64,000 bases of DNA, taken from an uncultured bacterium. Lineage in GTDB: Bacteria; JAGOEH01. Shown in pieces: positions 39,713 to 50,300 of the stretch. Under the pieces are notes generated by a model that worked only from the letters and a program-made list of their open reading frames with translations, did not search any database and was not told where the DNA came from. Within the stretch, counting starts at the first letter, position 1. Each line of letters starts with the position of its first letter. The DNA lies in assembly GCA_964632485.1 (NCBI GenBank), contig CAZWDO010000007.1, forward strand, positions 62,001 to 126,000. The letters are read 5' to 3'. The position numbers and the translations under genes were made by a program.

Positions 39713-39745
39713 AGGCTCTTGACTCCCGTCAAGAGCCTTTTTTTT
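39713..39745 (+). terminator. Intrinsic terminator
   Basis: AGGCTCTTGAC-TCCC-GTCAAGAGCCT followed by a T run. Confidence 0.85.
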
Positions 39746-39812
39746 ACTATCAAGCGAGGACATCATCGAAAAGAACTGGACTGAACAAATCGACATATCC
39801 CGGATTGATCCG

Positions 39813-40730
39813 TTGTTTCTGTTGGGCAATAATGACTGCCATTTACGGATTATTGAACAGGAATTTTACAGCAGCATTGTTTACAGGGATAGCCAGTTAA
39901 TCATCACAGGCCCGGAAGAAGAAGTCAAGAAAATACTACGAGTGTTTGAATTATTGATGCTCTATATCGAAAACAAACAAACTATCGGAAAAAGTGAAGT
40001 ATATTACGCTATAGATCGAGCCGAGAATGAAGAAAAAATTGAGCTTAAACACTTGTTTTCCGAGCAATTAACTCTGGAAGCGCATAGAGCCCGGATCAAA
40101 CCCAAGACCGAGGGTCAAGGCAAATATATAGAGTCCATGATCAACCATGACGTTGTATTCAGCATAGGCCCCGCCGGCACAGGTAAGACCTATCTGGCCG
40201 TAGCCATGGCTGTGGCCTTATTTACAAAAAAACGGGTGGAACGAATCATACTGACCCGGCCGGCGGTCGAAGCCGGTGAAAGCCTGGGGTTTTTGCCAGG
40301 TGACCTGAAAGATAAAGTCGATCCCTATTTGCGTCCGCTCTATGATGCTCTTTATGACATGATCCCGTTTGATAAAGTGCGTAAATTTTTGGAAACCGAT
40401 ATTATTGAAATCGTCCCCCTGGCTTACATGCGCGGCCGCACTCTTAACAATGCCTTCATTATCCTCGACGAGGCCCAAAACACTTCTAACGCCCAGATGA
40501 AAATGTTCCTGACCCGGCTGGGCTACAATTCTAAAGCCGTAATCACTGGTGATATTACTCAAATCGATATTGCCGACAAATATGATTCTGGCTTATTATC
40601 GGTGCGCCAAATTTTAAAAAACATCCCCGGCATTGCCTTTATTACCCTCAATGAATATGATGTTGTCCGGCATCGATTGATAAAAAAAATCATTAAAGCT
40701 TACGAGGTCTATGAAAATTCCCAGGCATAA
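39813..40730 (+). CDS. phoH: PhoH/YbeZ family ATPase (true start may be upstream, at ~39765)
   Basis: GPAGTGKTYLA, RPAVEAGE.LGFLPGD, AYMRGRTL, DEAQN, GDITQID. Confidence 0.95.
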   Translation: MFLLGNNDCHLRIIEQEFYSSIVYRDSQLIITGPEEEVKKILRVFELLMLYIENKQTIGKSEVYYAIDRAENEEKIELKHLFSEQLTLEAHRARIKPKTEGQGKYIESMINHDVVFSIGPAGTGKTYLAVAMAVALFTKKRVERIILTRPAVEAGESLGFLPGDLKDKVDPYLRPLYDALYDMIPFDKVRKFLETDIIEIVPLAYMRGRTLNNAFIILDEAQNTSNAQMKMFLTRLGYNSKAVITGDITQIDIADKYDSGLLSVRQILKNIPGIAFITLNEYDVVRHRLIKKIIKAYEVYENSQA

Positions 40731-42993
40731 AAAATCCAGAAATTACCTGAATATGATTAAATGGTTAACGGACAGGCCGTTTATCTCATCATTGATCATA
40801 GTAAATAAAAAAAATATTTTCCGCTACGGAATGTTGGCCGGTTATTTCTTACTTATCGTACTCTTTGCCCCCCATGAAGATATTTCCAAGTTTTCCGAAT
40901 ACCGCATTGATGATATTGCCCAAACCGTCATAATGCCCGACATTGATTGCACGATTCTAAAAACACCCCAGCAATTGGAAAAAGAAAAAAATGAAGCGGC
41001 AGAAAGGACATTGCGCGTATTTACCTATTTTCGCTCCATCAGCGAAAACCTGCCGGCCCGCATACAAACTCTATTTCTGGACCTGGAAACCCAACCCGAT
41101 TCAACATTCCGATCACTGAATCTGGAACCGGATTCAGCGCTCTTTAGAACCTTGCTTCAACCCGCCATTACTCATCAACTGCGTAGTACGTTCAATACGA
41201 TATTCACTCACTATTTTTCCGGCCTTGTATGCCGTGACATCAATGAAATCCGTCGAATATCGCCTCAATCAAAAATATCAATCCTCCTGGAGGATTCGAG
41301 CCTGAAAACAATCATGATCGATTCACTCTCCGAAGAACGCCTGATTGTGAGGAAAATTCAGGAATCCACAAGCTGGTTCATTGAAAATAATCGATTGCGT
41401 CAGGATTTGATTTACCGACTGACTATTTATATCTTCGAACCGAATATTGTTTATAACAGCAACATGACTCATCTGCTGAAAGAACAGGCCAGAAACTCAA
41501 TTGCCGTATCCCAGGGATTTGTTAAAAATGGCGAAAAAATAATTGGTAAACATGAACGGATCACTCCCGAGATTTATCAAAAACTCATCTCACTGCAACA
41601 AACCCGAAACCGCTACCAACTATCAACCTATCTGCTGCCGGATTCATTTTCTCCGCAAGTTGCCCAATTTATTTTTATACTATCCCTGGTAATCCTTTTT
41701 ATGGTTATTCTCTTCCAGATCGACCGCTCCCGTTACTATTCAAATAAACATTTACTCTTGTTATTATTATTAACCTTAATCCCGATCCTATTAACCTCTC
41801 TGATTTATAGCGGACTCCCTTTTTTGATTTTATTAGTACCGTATTCGACGTTTATTATTTTAATTTGTATTCTTACCGATAAGGAGATCGGCCTCATCAG
41901 CGCATTATATCTTGCGATGATGGCTGGTCTGTTCAACAACCTCAATTTCAATACATTTTATACCGTAGTAATCACTTCGGTCATCGCCAATTACAGTGTT
42001 GGCAAGGTGCGTAATCGCCGTGATTTTTATAAATCCATGTGGTTGGTTCCTTTAGGATACATCTTTTGTGTATTGCTTATTTATCTGAATTCAACGATTA
42101 ACGAACAGCCGCTTTGGCATAACCTGATTTATGGCGCCATAAACGGACTTATTTCCCCGATGTTCGCGATTGGCATGTTGCCGGTACTCGAAAGTCTATT
42201 TTCAATAACAACGGATATTACTCTCATGGAATTATCGGACCTTAATCATCCTCTTTTAAAAACAATGGCATTGGAATCACCAGGCACTTACAATCACAGC
42301 TTGTTTGTGGGAATGTTGGCTGAAACCGCCGCGCATGCGATCGGCGCCAATCCCTTAAAAGCCCAGGTGGGCGCCTACTTCCATGATATCGGCAAAATCA
42401 ATAAAGCGGAATATTTCATCGAAAATCAAAGCGGTGAGAACAAACACGATAAATTGACTCCCCAGCTCAGCGCCCGTATCCTCAATAACCATGTCAAAGA
42501 AGGATTGGAACTGGCCAAAAAAAATAAATTACCCTTGGAAATCCAGGAAATCATTGCAGAACACCATGGAACAACCTTGATGCATTTTTTTTATAAAAAA
42601 GCCCAGGAGCTTAACGATGACAACGGAAACCCTCCCGACATCAATTCCTATCGCTATCCCGGACCTAAACCCCGCTCTAAGGAAGCCGCCATCGTAATGC
42701 TAGCCGACTCCATTGAAGCGGCGTCCCGGACACTAAAAAATCCCAACGTCACCCGGTTGCGTACCCTGATCGATGGCATGATCAAGGATAAATTTCTCAA
42801 TAACGAACTGGATAAATGCAAGTTAACCCTTAAAGACCTGACCGCTATCGGAGAATCATTCCTGAGAAGTCTGATCGGGAAATTTCACACCCGAATCGAC
42901 TATCCCGATAGTCCGGCAACGAGTATTAATAATGAAATCAAAGATCCATCAGCAGAATCAAAACCACAAACTGAAACCAACAATCTGGGGTAA
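40711..42993 (+). CDS. 7TM-HD phosphohydrolase (PgpH-like, putative c-di-AMP phosphodiesterase)
   Basis: Large extracytoplasmic domain and 7TM region; PGTYNHS, YFHDIGK, HHGTT, YRYPGPKP, MLADSIEAA. Confidence 0.9.
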   Translation: MKIPRHKKSRNYLNMIKWLTDRPFISSLIIVNKKNIFRYGMLAGYFLLIVLFAPHEDISKFSEYRIDDIAQTVIMPDIDCTILKTPQQLEKEKNEAAERTLRVFTYFRSISENLPARIQTLFLDLETQPDSTFRSLNLEPDSALFRTLLQPAITHQLRSTFNTIFTHYFSGLVCRDINEIRRISPQSKISILLEDSSLKTIMIDSLSEERLIVRKIQESTSWFIENNRLRQDLIYRLTIYIFEPNIVYNSNMTHLLKEQARNSIAVSQGFVKNGEKIIGKHERITPEIYQKLISLQQTRNRYQLSTYLLPDSFSPQVAQFIFILSLVILFMVILFQIDRSRYYSNKHLLLLLLLTLIPILLTSLIYSGLPFLILLVPYSTFIILICILTDKEIGLISALYLAMMAGLFNNLNFNTFYTVVITSVIANYSVGKVRNRRDFYKSMWLVPLGYIFCVLLIYLNSTINEQPLWHNLIYGAINGLISPMFAIGMLPVLESLFSITTDITLMELSDLNHPLLKTMALESPGTYNHSLFVGMLAETAAHAIGANPLKAQVGAYFHDIGKINKAEYFIENQSGENKHDKLTPQLSARILNNHVKEGLELAKKNKLPLEIQEIIAEHHGTTLMHFFYKKAQELNDDNGNPPDINSYRYPGPKPRSKEAAIVMLADSIEAASRTLKNPNVTRLRTLIDGMIKDKFLNNELDKCKLTLKDLTAIGESFLRSLIGKFHTRIDYPDSPATSINNEIKDPSAESKPQTETNNLG

Positions 42994-43375
42994 ACTGGTC
43001 CAAACCGTTTTAAATAAAACCAATCACCCCAACGTAGCTCTCAATACCATTATTTGTGATGACGAGACGATACTTTCGCTCAATCGCGAATACCTGGAAC
43101 ATGATTACGTGACCGATGTCATCTCCTTTCCCAATTTCACCGACGACCCCCTCTTTTTAGGAGAAATCTATATCGATCTGGATCAAGCCATTCGTCAGGC
43201 AGAAGAATATGGAGAAACACCTCCACGGGAATTAGCCCGTTTAATTATCCACGGGATTCTCCATTTAACCGGGTACAACGATATGGACGACTCTCAGCGG
43301 GAAATCATGGTTTGTAAACAGGAAGCATTGTTGGCGGAACTAAATGATGCTGGTATCATCCCCTCTGCCCTATAA
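42932..43375 (+). CDS. ybeY: rRNA maturation endoribonuclease YbeY
   Basis: LNREY..HDY.TDVISF, LGEIYI, IHGILHLTGYND. Confidence 0.93.
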   Translation: MKSKIHQQNQNHKLKPTIWGKLVQTVLNKTNHPNVALNTIICDDETILSLNREYLEHDYVTDVISFPNFTDDPLFLGEIYIDLDQAIRQAEEYGETPPRELARLIIHGILHLTGYNDMDDSQREIMVCKQEALLAELNDAGIIPSAL

Positions 43376-44306
43376 ATATTTACTGGCGCCGTTGGCAGGA
43401 ATCACGGATGCGCCTTTTCGTCTGATATGCGCGGAATTCGGCGCGGATTTGACGTTCTCCGAAATGGTGAGCGCGGACGGACTGGTTTATAACTATTCTA
43501 AAACTTCGCAGTTTTTGTTTCGGTTTCCCCGGGAAAAAACCTTTTCCATTCAAATTTTTGGTCATAAACCGAAGATTATCGGACAAGCCGTAACACTTTT
43601 AAACGATATTCCATGTTGTGTTCTCGATTTCAATGCAGGTTGTCCCGTCAGAAAAGTCTTTAATGGCGGATCAGGCTCGGCTTTATTGGGTAATTTACCA
43701 TTATTGAAACAAATTATGACCGAAATACGAAACCAATCCCGCCACCCGATTTCGCTCAAAGTTCGTCTGGGAATCGATTCTTCCCACTTTGTATTGAGAG
43801 AACTGGTCGCTATGGCCAATGATCTGGAACTGGCATTTCTTACGATTCATGGCCGCTACCGCAATCAAATGTTCAGCGGTAAAGCCGACTGGAATGCTAT
43901 CAGAGAAGCGGTTTCCGGCAGTAGTGTGCCCATCGTTGGAAATGGCGATATCAGCGAACCGGATGAAGCGCGCCAACGCCTCCTCGAAAACGGATGCGCG
44001 GGAATCATGATTGGCAGGGGAAGTATGGGCAATCCGTTCATTTTTAGCCGAATCAAAGATCCGAATGCGCCTTTGCCGACTCTTGCCGATAAATTAGCAG
44101 TCGCTCTCCGGCAATTCAAGCTGGGATTGGAGTACAAAAATGAGCGTCGCGCTATTTTTGAAATGAGAAAACACTGGATATGGTATATTAAAGGCGAACC
44201 GTTTTCGCATCTCTTTAAACAAAAAATCATGGAATTGGAAAAAGCCGATGAAATCATCGACTATATATCAGAGATCATCATTAAAGGCGAATTTCCATCA
44301 CCTTAA
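43344..44306 (+). CDS. tRNA-dihydrouridine synthase (DusB-like)
   Basis: LAPLAGITD.PFR, FNAGCP, GSGSALL, TIHGR, GNGDI, MIGRG..GNP. Confidence 0.92.
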   Translation: MMLVSSPLPYKYLLAPLAGITDAPFRLICAEFGADLTFSEMVSADGLVYNYSKTSQFLFRFPREKTFSIQIFGHKPKIIGQAVTLLNDIPCCVLDFNAGCPVRKVFNGGSGSALLGNLPLLKQIMTEIRNQSRHPISLKVRLGIDSSHFVLRELVAMANDLELAFLTIHGRYRNQMFSGKADWNAIREAVSGSSVPIVGNGDISEPDEARQRLLENGCAGIMIGRGSMGNPFIFSRIKDPNAPLPTLADKLAVALRQFKLGLEYKNERRAIFEMRKHWIWYIKGEPFSHLFKQKIMELEKADEIIDYISEIIIKGEFPSP

Positions 44307-44453
44307 ATCAATTCAGGCGGAGTTTCCTCCTGGCGCCATGCATCTCATTCCCGCAACGTAAAAAAAACAAAACAAAGCGATACACTTCGAGGTTCCTGTT
44401 TCCGGGAAGAACGGCAATATTTTTTTCCATTTAAAACTAACGAAAGGAAGTTT

Positions 44454-46919
44454 ATGCGGCTCTTCATCATTTGTTGGGTAATGGTTTTCAACGCAATGTT
44501 AATTATGGCGCAACCTGTCATTCGAGTCAATCAACTGGGGTACCTGCCAACCGATATTAAAGTCGCTGTACTGGGCAGTTCCACGCCAATACGCGAGGAG
44601 AAGTTCACTCTAAAATCCGCGCTTAATGATGAAATTGTCTGGCAGGGAAAAATCAGCAAAGAAGAAGGTAAATATGGCCCGTTTACTTGTACATATCGTC
44701 TCGATTTTTCAATGTTTAACGGTCAGGGATTCTATTATATAGAAGCAGACGGCATCGTTTCTCCACAGTTTCCGATTAGCGATGGCAGCTATCAAAACGC
44801 GGCGGATTTTATTTTAAACTACATGCGTCAGCAACAATGCGGGTATAATCCCTTTTTAAAAGATTCCTGCCATAAACATGACGGCTTTATTATTTATCAT
44901 CCTACATTAGATTCCACCCATATCGACGTCAGGGGAGGGTGGCACGATGCATCGGATTATTTACAATACGTAACAACTTCCGCCAATGCCGTTTACCAAA
45001 TGCTCTTTGCATACCGTCATTTTCCCGAGGTATTCGGCGACTCCTATGATAAAGATGGGAATCAGGGTGAAAACGGCATCCCCGACATACTGGATTGCGC
45101 CAAATGGGGATTAGACTGGCTGGATCGAATGAATCCCGAACCGGGTACGATGTTCAATCAGATAGCCGATGATCGCGATCATCAAATGTTTCGGTTACCT
45201 ACCGAGGACTCGGTCAATTACGGAAAAGGCATGGAACGGCCGGTCTATACTTGTACCGGTCAACCGCAAGGCGTATTTCAACATAAAAATCGCGCTACCG
45301 GTACCGCTTCAACTGCGGGGAAATATGCATCGGCTTTTGCTCTGGGCTCTGTATTATTACAACCATGGTATCCTGAATATTGCGCGAAAATCCGTCACAA
45401 AGCCTTTGCCGCCTATAGTTATGGTAAAGCCCATCCCGGCGTTTGCCAAACCGCGCCGTGCCGCGCTCCCTATTTCTACGAGGAGGATAACTGGGTCGAT
45501 GATATGGAACTGGCAGCCATCCAGCTTTTTCAGATTTCCAATGATTCCGGCTATCTGACCGATGCCCGTGAATTCGGTCTCCAGGAGCCTACTACTCCCT
45601 GGATGGGCGCTGATACGGCCCGACATTACCAATGGTATCCGTTTTTAAATTTAGGGCACGCTGAACTGGCCCAACTGTCGCAAAAGGAATTTGTGGGGTA
45701 TTTAAAATGCGGATTGGAGAAAATTTCTCAAAAAGGTAAAAACGCCTTCCGCTTTGGAATCCCCTTTATCTGGTGTTCCAACAACCTAGCAGCAGCCGCT
45801 ATCACGCAATGCCATTTATACCGCGCTATCACCGGCGACAATCAATTTTTGGAAATGGAAACGGCTTTGCGCGACTGGTTGTTTGGCTGTAATCCCTGGG
45901 GAACTTCCATGATCGTTGGTCTGCCCGTCTGGGGCGATACTCCCGTTGACCCCCATTCGGCTTTTACTCATGTGTATGGCTACCCAGTGAATGGCGGTCT
46001 GATTGACGGTCCTGTTTATACTACAATCTTTAACAGCCTCAAAGGTGTCAAACTGGGCCAGGAAGATTCGTATGCCTCCTTTCAATCCAGTTTAGCCGTG
46101 TATCATGACGATTGGGGCGATTATTCAACCAATGAGCCCACCATGGACGGTACCGCCAGCTTGAGCTATTATCTGGCAGCTATGTCCAGCCAACCTGCCA
46201 AAAATCTGAAAAACTTTGTCTATCAAGACGGAGCAGTCATTCGGACAGATACAACATTAAAAAATATCCATTTAGTATTCACGGGCGGAGATTTCGCTGA
46301 CGGCGGTGAAATTATTTTAAATACACTTAAAAAACATACTATCAGAGCCGCTTTCTTTCTAACCGGTGATTTTTATCGAAATAAGTATTTTCAGAAAATT
46401 ATCCGGCGCATAAAAAAAGAAGGACACTATTTAGGCGCGCATTCCGATAAACACCTGCTATACGCTCCTTGGTCCAAACGTGATTCCGTACTGGTTCGAC
46501 GCATCGATTTTATGGAAGACCTGATTGCCAATTATAAGGAAATGGCACAGTTCGGCGTTAAGATCAGCCAGGCTGCCTATTTCCTGCCACCCTATGAATG
46601 GTATAACTCTACTATCTCTCAATGGACAAAATCCATGGGATTGCAGATGGTTAATTTTTCGCCAGGGACACTGTCCACGCATGACTGGACATACCCTAAA
46701 TCGAAATCGAAATACAGAACCAACGAGGAAATCTATCAAAGCATCCTCGACTATGAAACGCAAAGCAATTGCGGTCTGAACGGGTTCATCCTTTTGACCC
46801 ATATCGGAGCGCATCCGGACCGGCCCGACAAATTCTACCTCCGTCTGGATGAAATGCTGACGGAACTGGCGAGCAGGGGCTATCATTTTCCTCTGATTGG
46901 CTCTGATCCAATATTTTAG
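44454..46919 (+). CDS. Exported glycoside hydrolase family 9 fused to a polysaccharide deacetylase (NodB/CE4-like) domain
   Basis: IRVNQLGY, GGWHDASDY, DDMELAA, DDWGDYSTNEPT; C-terminal AAFFLTG, GAHSDKH, PPYEW, LTHIG. Confidence 0.88.
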   Translation: MRLFIICWVMVFNAMLIMAQPVIRVNQLGYLPTDIKVAVLGSSTPIREEKFTLKSALNDEIVWQGKISKEEGKYGPFTCTYRLDFSMFNGQGFYYIEADGIVSPQFPISDGSYQNAADFILNYMRQQQCGYNPFLKDSCHKHDGFIIYHPTLDSTHIDVRGGWHDASDYLQYVTTSANAVYQMLFAYRHFPEVFGDSYDKDGNQGENGIPDILDCAKWGLDWLDRMNPEPGTMFNQIADDRDHQMFRLPTEDSVNYGKGMERPVYTCTGQPQGVFQHKNRATGTASTAGKYASAFALGSVLLQPWYPEYCAKIRHKAFAAYSYGKAHPGVCQTAPCRAPYFYEEDNWVDDMELAAIQLFQISNDSGYLTDAREFGLQEPTTPWMGADTARHYQWYPFLNLGHAELAQLSQKEFVGYLKCGLEKISQKGKNAFRFGIPFIWCSNNLAAAAITQCHLYRAITGDNQFLEMETALRDWLFGCNPWGTSMIVGLPVWGDTPVDPHSAFTHVYGYPVNGGLIDGPVYTTIFNSLKGVKLGQEDSYASFQSSLAVYHDDWGDYSTNEPTMDGTASLSYYLAAMSSQPAKNLKNFVYQDGAVIRTDTTLKNIHLVFTGGDFADGGEIILNTLKKHTIRAAFFLTGDFYRNKYFQKIIRRIKKEGHYLGAHSDKHLLYAPWSKRDSVLVRRIDFMEDLIANYKEMAQFGVKISQAAYFLPPYEWYNSTISQWTKSMGLQMVNFSPGTLSTHDWTYPKSKSKYRTNEEIYQSILDYETQSNCGLNGFILLTHIGAHPDRPDKFYLRLDEMLTELASRGYHFPLIGSDPIF

Positions 46920-46940
46920 TTCCAAAGATAAAAAAAACAC

Positions 46941-46969
46941 TTGCTTTTTTGGATGAAAAGTTTTATAAT
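46941..46969 (+). promoter_or_regulatory. Sigma70 promoter for tRNA-Val (TTGCTT-17-TATAAT)
   Basis: Hexamers with a 17-nt spacer just upstream of the tRNA. Confidence 0.7.
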
Positions 46970-46982
46970 AAAGCAATTGATC

Positions 46983-47056
<74 letters not shown>

Positions 47057-47253
47057 ACTAATTATCAACATCTTTACGCTTTAAGAATTATAAGCCCTAA
47101 AAAATGAACGTTTCAAGATCACATTTGTCGCATACAATGAAGCGGGTTATCTCATAAAAACCGCCAACACGGGCGCTTTGTGAGGCTTACTGTAATTCCG
47201 CATTTGTGAGGCGAAAAGCCGATTCAGCCCATACCTGTTTGATCATTTTTAAT

Positions 47254-47298
47254 AAAAAAAGTCCGGCCTTTAATTCCAAAAATTCAAGACCGGACTTA
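47254..47298 (-). terminator. Intrinsic terminator after the M6 protease gene
   Basis: AAGTCCGG / CCGGACTT stem with an A-run on + strand. Confidence 0.7.
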
Positions 47299-47322
47299 TA
47301 TTAAAATGACAACTAACTGATT

Positions 47323-50300
47323 TTATTTAATCAGCATCAATTTACGGGAAGTTTGAAAATCAACCGATTCAATGCGGTAAAAATATACACCGCTGGGCAG
47401 CGATCTAGCATCTATCTGCAATTTATAGTTGCCGGCGGCCTTTTCACCTTCAAACAGTATACTGACTTGCTCGCCTAACAGATTATAGAGCGCGATCCGG
47501 ACATGTCCGGGGGTTGACAATCCAAATTCAATCATCGTCGTTGGATTGAAAGGGTTGGGAAAATTCTGATTCATGAAGCTTTGCCTGGGAACTAATTGAT
47601 CCAATTCTTCTACCGTAACAGGAAGAATTGTAAAGGACCGTTCATAGACATTATTTTCTTCGTCCGATTCCACAATAACGTCGTCGGGATCGCATTGTAT
47701 CCGCAACACATGTTGACCCTCCGACAAAACAAGGGGATGAGGATTATGGGAAAAACACCCAGGAGATAAATAATTTTCATTGGGAATAGCGCCGGGTTGA
47801 AGGTTCAAATAAACCGTTTCCAGACGGGGTTTAGGCAGCGCGCTCAAAGGAACCCGCCGGTTACGCGACTGCAGTTTATTCAAGCCGGAAGCGATACGCG
47901 ACGCATCCGAAGGCTTTGCCGGCCAGGGTATCCGTTTGGCCATAAACTTTTCATCATTGACTTTTATCCACAGATTCATTATAAAGTCACCCATTTCCTG
48001 ATTTTCATAATATACATCTTGAGGAGACTCAAATGGATTGTTCAGATTGATGACATATTGCGTCTGGGGAAAAGCCACCGGGGTGGCATCCGTCATGATA
48101 GCCGGATAGGCATCGTCTATAATAGAACCGCTCAGAGGCTCGATAAAAACGCCGATAGCCGGGATGTTCACTACAAGGGAATCGAAGGATACTGTATCCC
48201 ATTCGATTTGAGAATACGCATCTTTGGCCTGGAGTGTGTTCGAAGAGAAGATGGGCTGCATATTGATTACATCGAATATATGCACTTTAAAGTTAGATGG
48301 GCCGGAGAATATTCCGAATCCATAGTGGGCGAACTCCAGCGAAAGCAATTCGACGTTTTCCCCAAAATTATCCAAGGAAAAAATAGTGCCGAAACCCTCA
48401 TTCCACCTCTGGAAGAAAGCGCTGGTCGGATTATTGTCATGATATTGTATTTTATAGGGTTCGGAATAATTCCACCAGCCCAGACGAAGAATGGGGAAAC
48501 CGTCGTAATAGACTTTCCAAATAGATTCATTGTCATAAAACAATACAGGATCATCGCCTTCAAGCGTAATTTCGGTTGCATAATAATAGGCCCCGGCGGG
48601 CAAACCCCCGACGCTATCGATATCAACCCATGAGGAATCATTACCAGTTAAAATCACCGGATCAGTCAAGTAGCATTCAGCGCTGGGCCGAAGGTCGCCC
48701 TCAACTGGTTTAGAAACAGTAATCTGGCGAGAATAGAGATTATTCCCGGACGCCAGGCTATCCAGTTTTCCATGAGGATCAATGAGCATGGTCAATTGGT
48801 AGTTACCGGTTTCAAGATAGATGCCGGTCGAATCGATATCCGCCAGGCATTCCCCTGGCGCCAATAGTGAATCAAAAGCGATGGCAGCGCCGATATTGAG
48901 ATACCGATACTGAGGTAATGGGTTCTTGACCGAAATCTTCCTGGAGCGGCGAGGGTGTTTCATCGATTTTTCTATTTTATCGATTTTTGGCGCGGCGGAT
49001 GAAGATATCACCGGCGCTTTAGCCAGCCCATCGATACCGTCAGCCCGAATCCAAAGATTAATCAGCAGATCACCTTCAAAATAAGAATAATAGCTACTGA
49101 AAGGATCATTGATCGCGCAATAATAATTACGAGTTCCCTGATCCAGAGAGCGATCGACCGAAACTGATGGATAATAAACAATAATTTCGTCTTCATCATA
49201 AAATGAGCTGTCAGGGGTTAGCGGCTCAACAAAGATTCCGACCTGATCGGCACCGGCCAGGCTTCCCAATTCGATTCCAGTTTCCCAGACAGCTAAAGCG
49301 GATGTTTCTTCTGCGGTTAAACTATCGATATGGCCGATCCAGCGCATGTTTTCCCAGTCCAAAACATGTAGATTATACAGACTCGTTCCCGGACAGTAAG
49401 CATTAAAATGGTTGAAATCAACTTTTTCTAATGTTGCGTTTTCGAACATGGAAAGATCAAAAATTACACCGACGGCTTCACCGTCCCAGCATTGCGAAAC
49501 GCCCCTGGGTTGATTATCATGGTACTGAACCGCCAGTTCCTGAGTGAAATCATAATTGCGGATATCCCTGATCAATTGATCGTCGAGATATAATTGCCAG
49601 ACCGGAATATTCCCGGGTATCGTTAAGGTATCATCGCCTGTATTTTGAATTGCTGAATGGATATAAAAGGTCCCGGCGGAATCAAACGATTCACTGATTG
49701 GTAAAACCCCGGGTACCCGACTCAGCAGTATCGCATCGCTCCATCCGGCGCAATTATTTCCCGCCGAGAGATCGGGATAAACCGCTGAGTGGTCATTCAC
49801 TAATAAGTTGGCAATGATCGTATCATTGCGTTCAGTAATTCCGGAGACAGCGATTTGGGATATAACCTGAGTATAAAACCGGCTGTTGGGATTCGAAGAC
49901 CAGTCGAATTTGGTATTCAGCGAGGTTCCGGGGAAAGGGTCGCCTCCATCGCCGTGATTACCGCCGGGACGAAAATCAAGGTCGTTTTTGCCATCGGCCT
50001 CTTCCACATCCACCGATTTATGGTTCTGATCCTCGTTGGGACGTGAAAAATTATAGACAAAGCGGTCCATATCGATATGCCACACCAGCAGCCCATGACC
50101 GGGCAAACCGCTATCGAATCCGGTTTTTTGGCGATTTTCCGCGATAAAAAGTTCGCCGGTGTAAGTTTGCAGCCCGCTATAATCGCCATTGGAAGCTAAA
50201 ATGTAATAATCGCCATCTGAAGCATAAGGCGGAATTGCCACTCCATTTTGATCACTCATCACCAGATGATAGCTTCCCCACTGCAACAAAAATTTCAATA

